From assembly GCA_035288145.1 (NCBI GenBank), contig DATEAX010000028.1, forward strand, positions 1-52,593: a stretch of DNA of 52,593 nucleotides, in the 5' to 3' direction. The notes below the pieces were generated by a model. The model had not been told where the DNA came from. It did no database searches and saw only the letters and a program-made list of their open reading frames with translations. The translations under genes and the position numbers were made by a program. Source of the DNA: Patescibacteria group bacterium. GTDB lineage: Bacteria; Patescibacteriota; UBA1384; UBA12157; JAENIV01. Shown piece by piece: positions 51,162 to 52,593 of the stretch (position 1 is the first letter of the stretch; each line of letters begins with the position of its first letter).

Positions 51162-51890
51162 TCATCCATCAATGGCCGTAAATGTTACCGGAAATTGCTT
51201 TTGAGACCAGCTCTTGAAAAACTGGTTAAAGATTCTCCGGAGCCGTTCGTGATCTTTAAGATGCACGGCCTGTTTTTTGTTGACCAAGCCCGGATACCAG
51301 TAAATCTTGATGTTTACGGGCGGGCTATTCGGTCTTGGACAAACCTTCGCCATCTCCTCAAGAATCTCGGAGTCGCTGCGCGCTTTAAGATAAGCCCTCG
51401 TCAGAGTCAACTCCTTCGAAGATTGGAGAAGATCGGAAATTACCACCAGATGCCACTTGCCGGTACCGGACTGGGTCAAAACCTCGTTTACAAAGTCGAT
51501 TACCTCAAGAAGCGGGGTACTGCCAACCCTGGGATTCTCGGCAAAGGCCCGCTCAACTTTGACCACCATCTCCTTGACCTGACTTTGTCTAGATTTCCAG
51601 GCCGGGGGAGAAATCTGGAGGGTATGTTGAGCAACGATCCGATAACAATAGGCCTCGCCGGCGGGAGCAAAGAAAATCATTTTCCACTTGGCGCCGGAGG
51701 AATACTTCAGGGCAAAATCTCTGGCCGCCTGCTTAGCATGATTTAAGGCGGCATCGGCTTGAACTACCAAGCTGTGGCTATTGTCGACGATCAAATACTC
51801 CTCCTGATAAGTATTACCAGTGTCCATCGGCATGCACCCAGGGAGAAAAAGCCAAAGGGTTAGAAAAACCATCTTTCTCAAGGCTTGCAT
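51162..51890 (-). CDS. vWA-domain lipoprotein with complete MIDAS motif
   Basis: lipobox LFLPGC; YLIVDNSHSL (DxSxS), GSTPLL (Thr), HLVVISD (Asp); ATG 51890 with CAGGAGGTGG RBS. Confidence 0.75.
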   Translation of the reverse strand: MQALRKMVFLTLWLFLPGCMPMDTGNTYQEEYLIVDNSHSLVVQADAALNHAKQAARDFALKYSSGAKWKMIFFAPAGEAYCYRIVAQHTLQISPPAWKSRQSQVKEMVVKVERAFAENPRVGSTPLLEVIDFVNEVLTQSGTGKWHLVVISDLLQSSKELTLTRAYLKARSDSEILEEMAKVCPRPNSPPVNIKIYWYPGLVNKKQAVHLKDHERLRRIFNQFFKSWSQKQFPVTFTAIDG

Positions 51891-52578
51891 CGTCACCACC
51901 TCCTGTATTCCCGTCCATCGAGCATTCGGCAATCCGGAAGCCATATCTTGCTAAAGTTGGACGAAGCTCCTCGACGGTCGTCGTCAAAGTGTGATTGATG
52001 AGTCGATTGACCTCCTCGGCTGAACGGCGGATTCTTTCTTCCAGCTCGCCAATCCGACGCTGAAGATGCCGCTGGATTCTCTCTTGATGTCTGACTCTTT
52101 CAGCCCGCTCCAGCTCGTTGTGATCCTGCTGCATCTTTGCCCGAAAAGCGTTAAACTTCTTAATCTCGCTCTCGATACCTCGGCTAAGGGTGATATCCCT
52201 AAGCTCTTGGGCGATTTTTGTCAGGATCTTATCTGTCTTATCATCAATCGCCTTGGCCTTATCAAGAAACTTGGCCGCCAAGTAACTAATGACCGGAATT
52301 GGGGCAATGTTGGCAATGCCAAGAGACAAACTCGCGGCATCAAAACCCTCTAAACCGCCAATGCCGGCACGTAACAGACCAAGAGCCGCGGTAATAATCA
52401 AGAATATACTACCGCCGACGATTCTTAACCGGGCGAGTTCGTGGGCTCCCCAGATTAAAGCGACAACAACACCGAATGTCAGCAGATAGGGCAGGGCGAC
52501 AAAAGAACCTTCAGTACCCCGGTAGGCCTCGGCAATCACCAAGAATGTCAAGCTGCTGTCAATGCTCGCAAGGAACAT
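51814..52578 (-). CDS. membrane protein with three to four N-terminal TM helices and a long charged coiled coil
   Basis: hydrophobic first ~105 aa, then KILTKIAQELRDI..ELERAERVRHQERIQRHLQRRIGELEERIRR; 3' end overlaps the vWA gene by 77 nt. Confidence 0.6.
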   Translation of the reverse strand: MFLASIDSSLTFLVIAEAYRGTEGSFVALPYLLTFGVVVALIWGAHELARLRIVGGSIFLIITAALGLLRAGIGGLEGFDAASLSLGIANIAPIPVISYLAAKFLDKAKAIDDKTDKILTKIAQELRDITLSRGIESEIKKFNAFRAKMQQDHNELERAERVRHQERIQRHLQRRIGELEERIRRSAEEVNRLINHTLTTTVEELRPTLARYGFRIAECSMDGNTGGGDDASLEKDGFSNPLAFSPWVHADGHW

Positions 52579-52593
52579 CGCTCCAACCTTAAC

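Noticed and set aside
50170-51746. Long plus-strand ORFs (198 and 275 aa) opposite the vWA operon
   Set aside because: The minus-strand frames have RBSs, a lipobox, a complete MIDAS motif and a terminator. The plus-strand products are Arg/Pro/Ser-rich, as expected for antisense frames in G+C-rich DNA.
1-52593. Alternative genetic code (UGA recoding, as in some CPR lineages)
   Set aside because: Conserved genes are full length under the standard code and several end in TGA (for example polX, the PPIase and the vWA gene), so there is no sign of in-frame TGA read-through.

Overview
No searches were run. All family calls come from motifs read in the ORF translations, and all repeats and structures were found by eye. 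The window looks like a chromosome segment from a small-genome, CPR/Patescibacteria-like bacterium. The evidence is compact housekeeping proteins, a class I LysRS, an LTD-nuclease, an LVIVD surface protein and no metabolic operons. About 80% of the window is one long minus-strand housekeeping array: PPIase, LCP, tsaB/tsaE, ftsE-ftsX-M23, polX, secA, hpf, serS, lysK, greA, mrdA-mreDCB, mltG, ruvX, ftsA, alaS, SLT, rpsA and nrnA, plus a plus-strand sigma-70 factor. There are three tRNAs (one partial at 1-29, tRNA-Leu(UAA), tRNA-Phe(GAA)) and no rRNA or CRISPR array. Five things are not housekeeping. (1) Two RayT/IS200-like HUH-Y1 transposase genes are each flanked by REP-like palindromes, and dispersed relatives of the same core sit at 4.4 kb, 12.1 kb and 31.9 kb. 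Two of these relatives form an ~85-nt module consisting of a near-consensus promoter plus a hairpin. (2) Several visibly G+C-richer orphan cassettes share strong AAGGAGG-type RBSs, consensus-like promoters and GC-stem terminators (11.1-12.1 kb, 37.5-37.95 kb, 41.9-46.6 kb, 49.7-52.6 kb). (3) One island operon encodes a putative lipoprotein translationally coupled to a secreted papain-like Cys-His-Asp protein. It lies downstream of a regulator with a Zn ribbon and three excisionase-type wHTH modules, and has a 5' leader with two mutually exclusive hairpins. (4) A terminal operon encodes a multi-TM coiled-coil protein, a vWA lipoprotein with an intact MIDAS motif and an unrecognisable 298-aa protein. 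It sits next to a DSP-fold phosphatase homologue whose nucleophile Cys is Ser. (5) A family of intercistronic AT-rich hairpins is built from tandem 6-14-mers.
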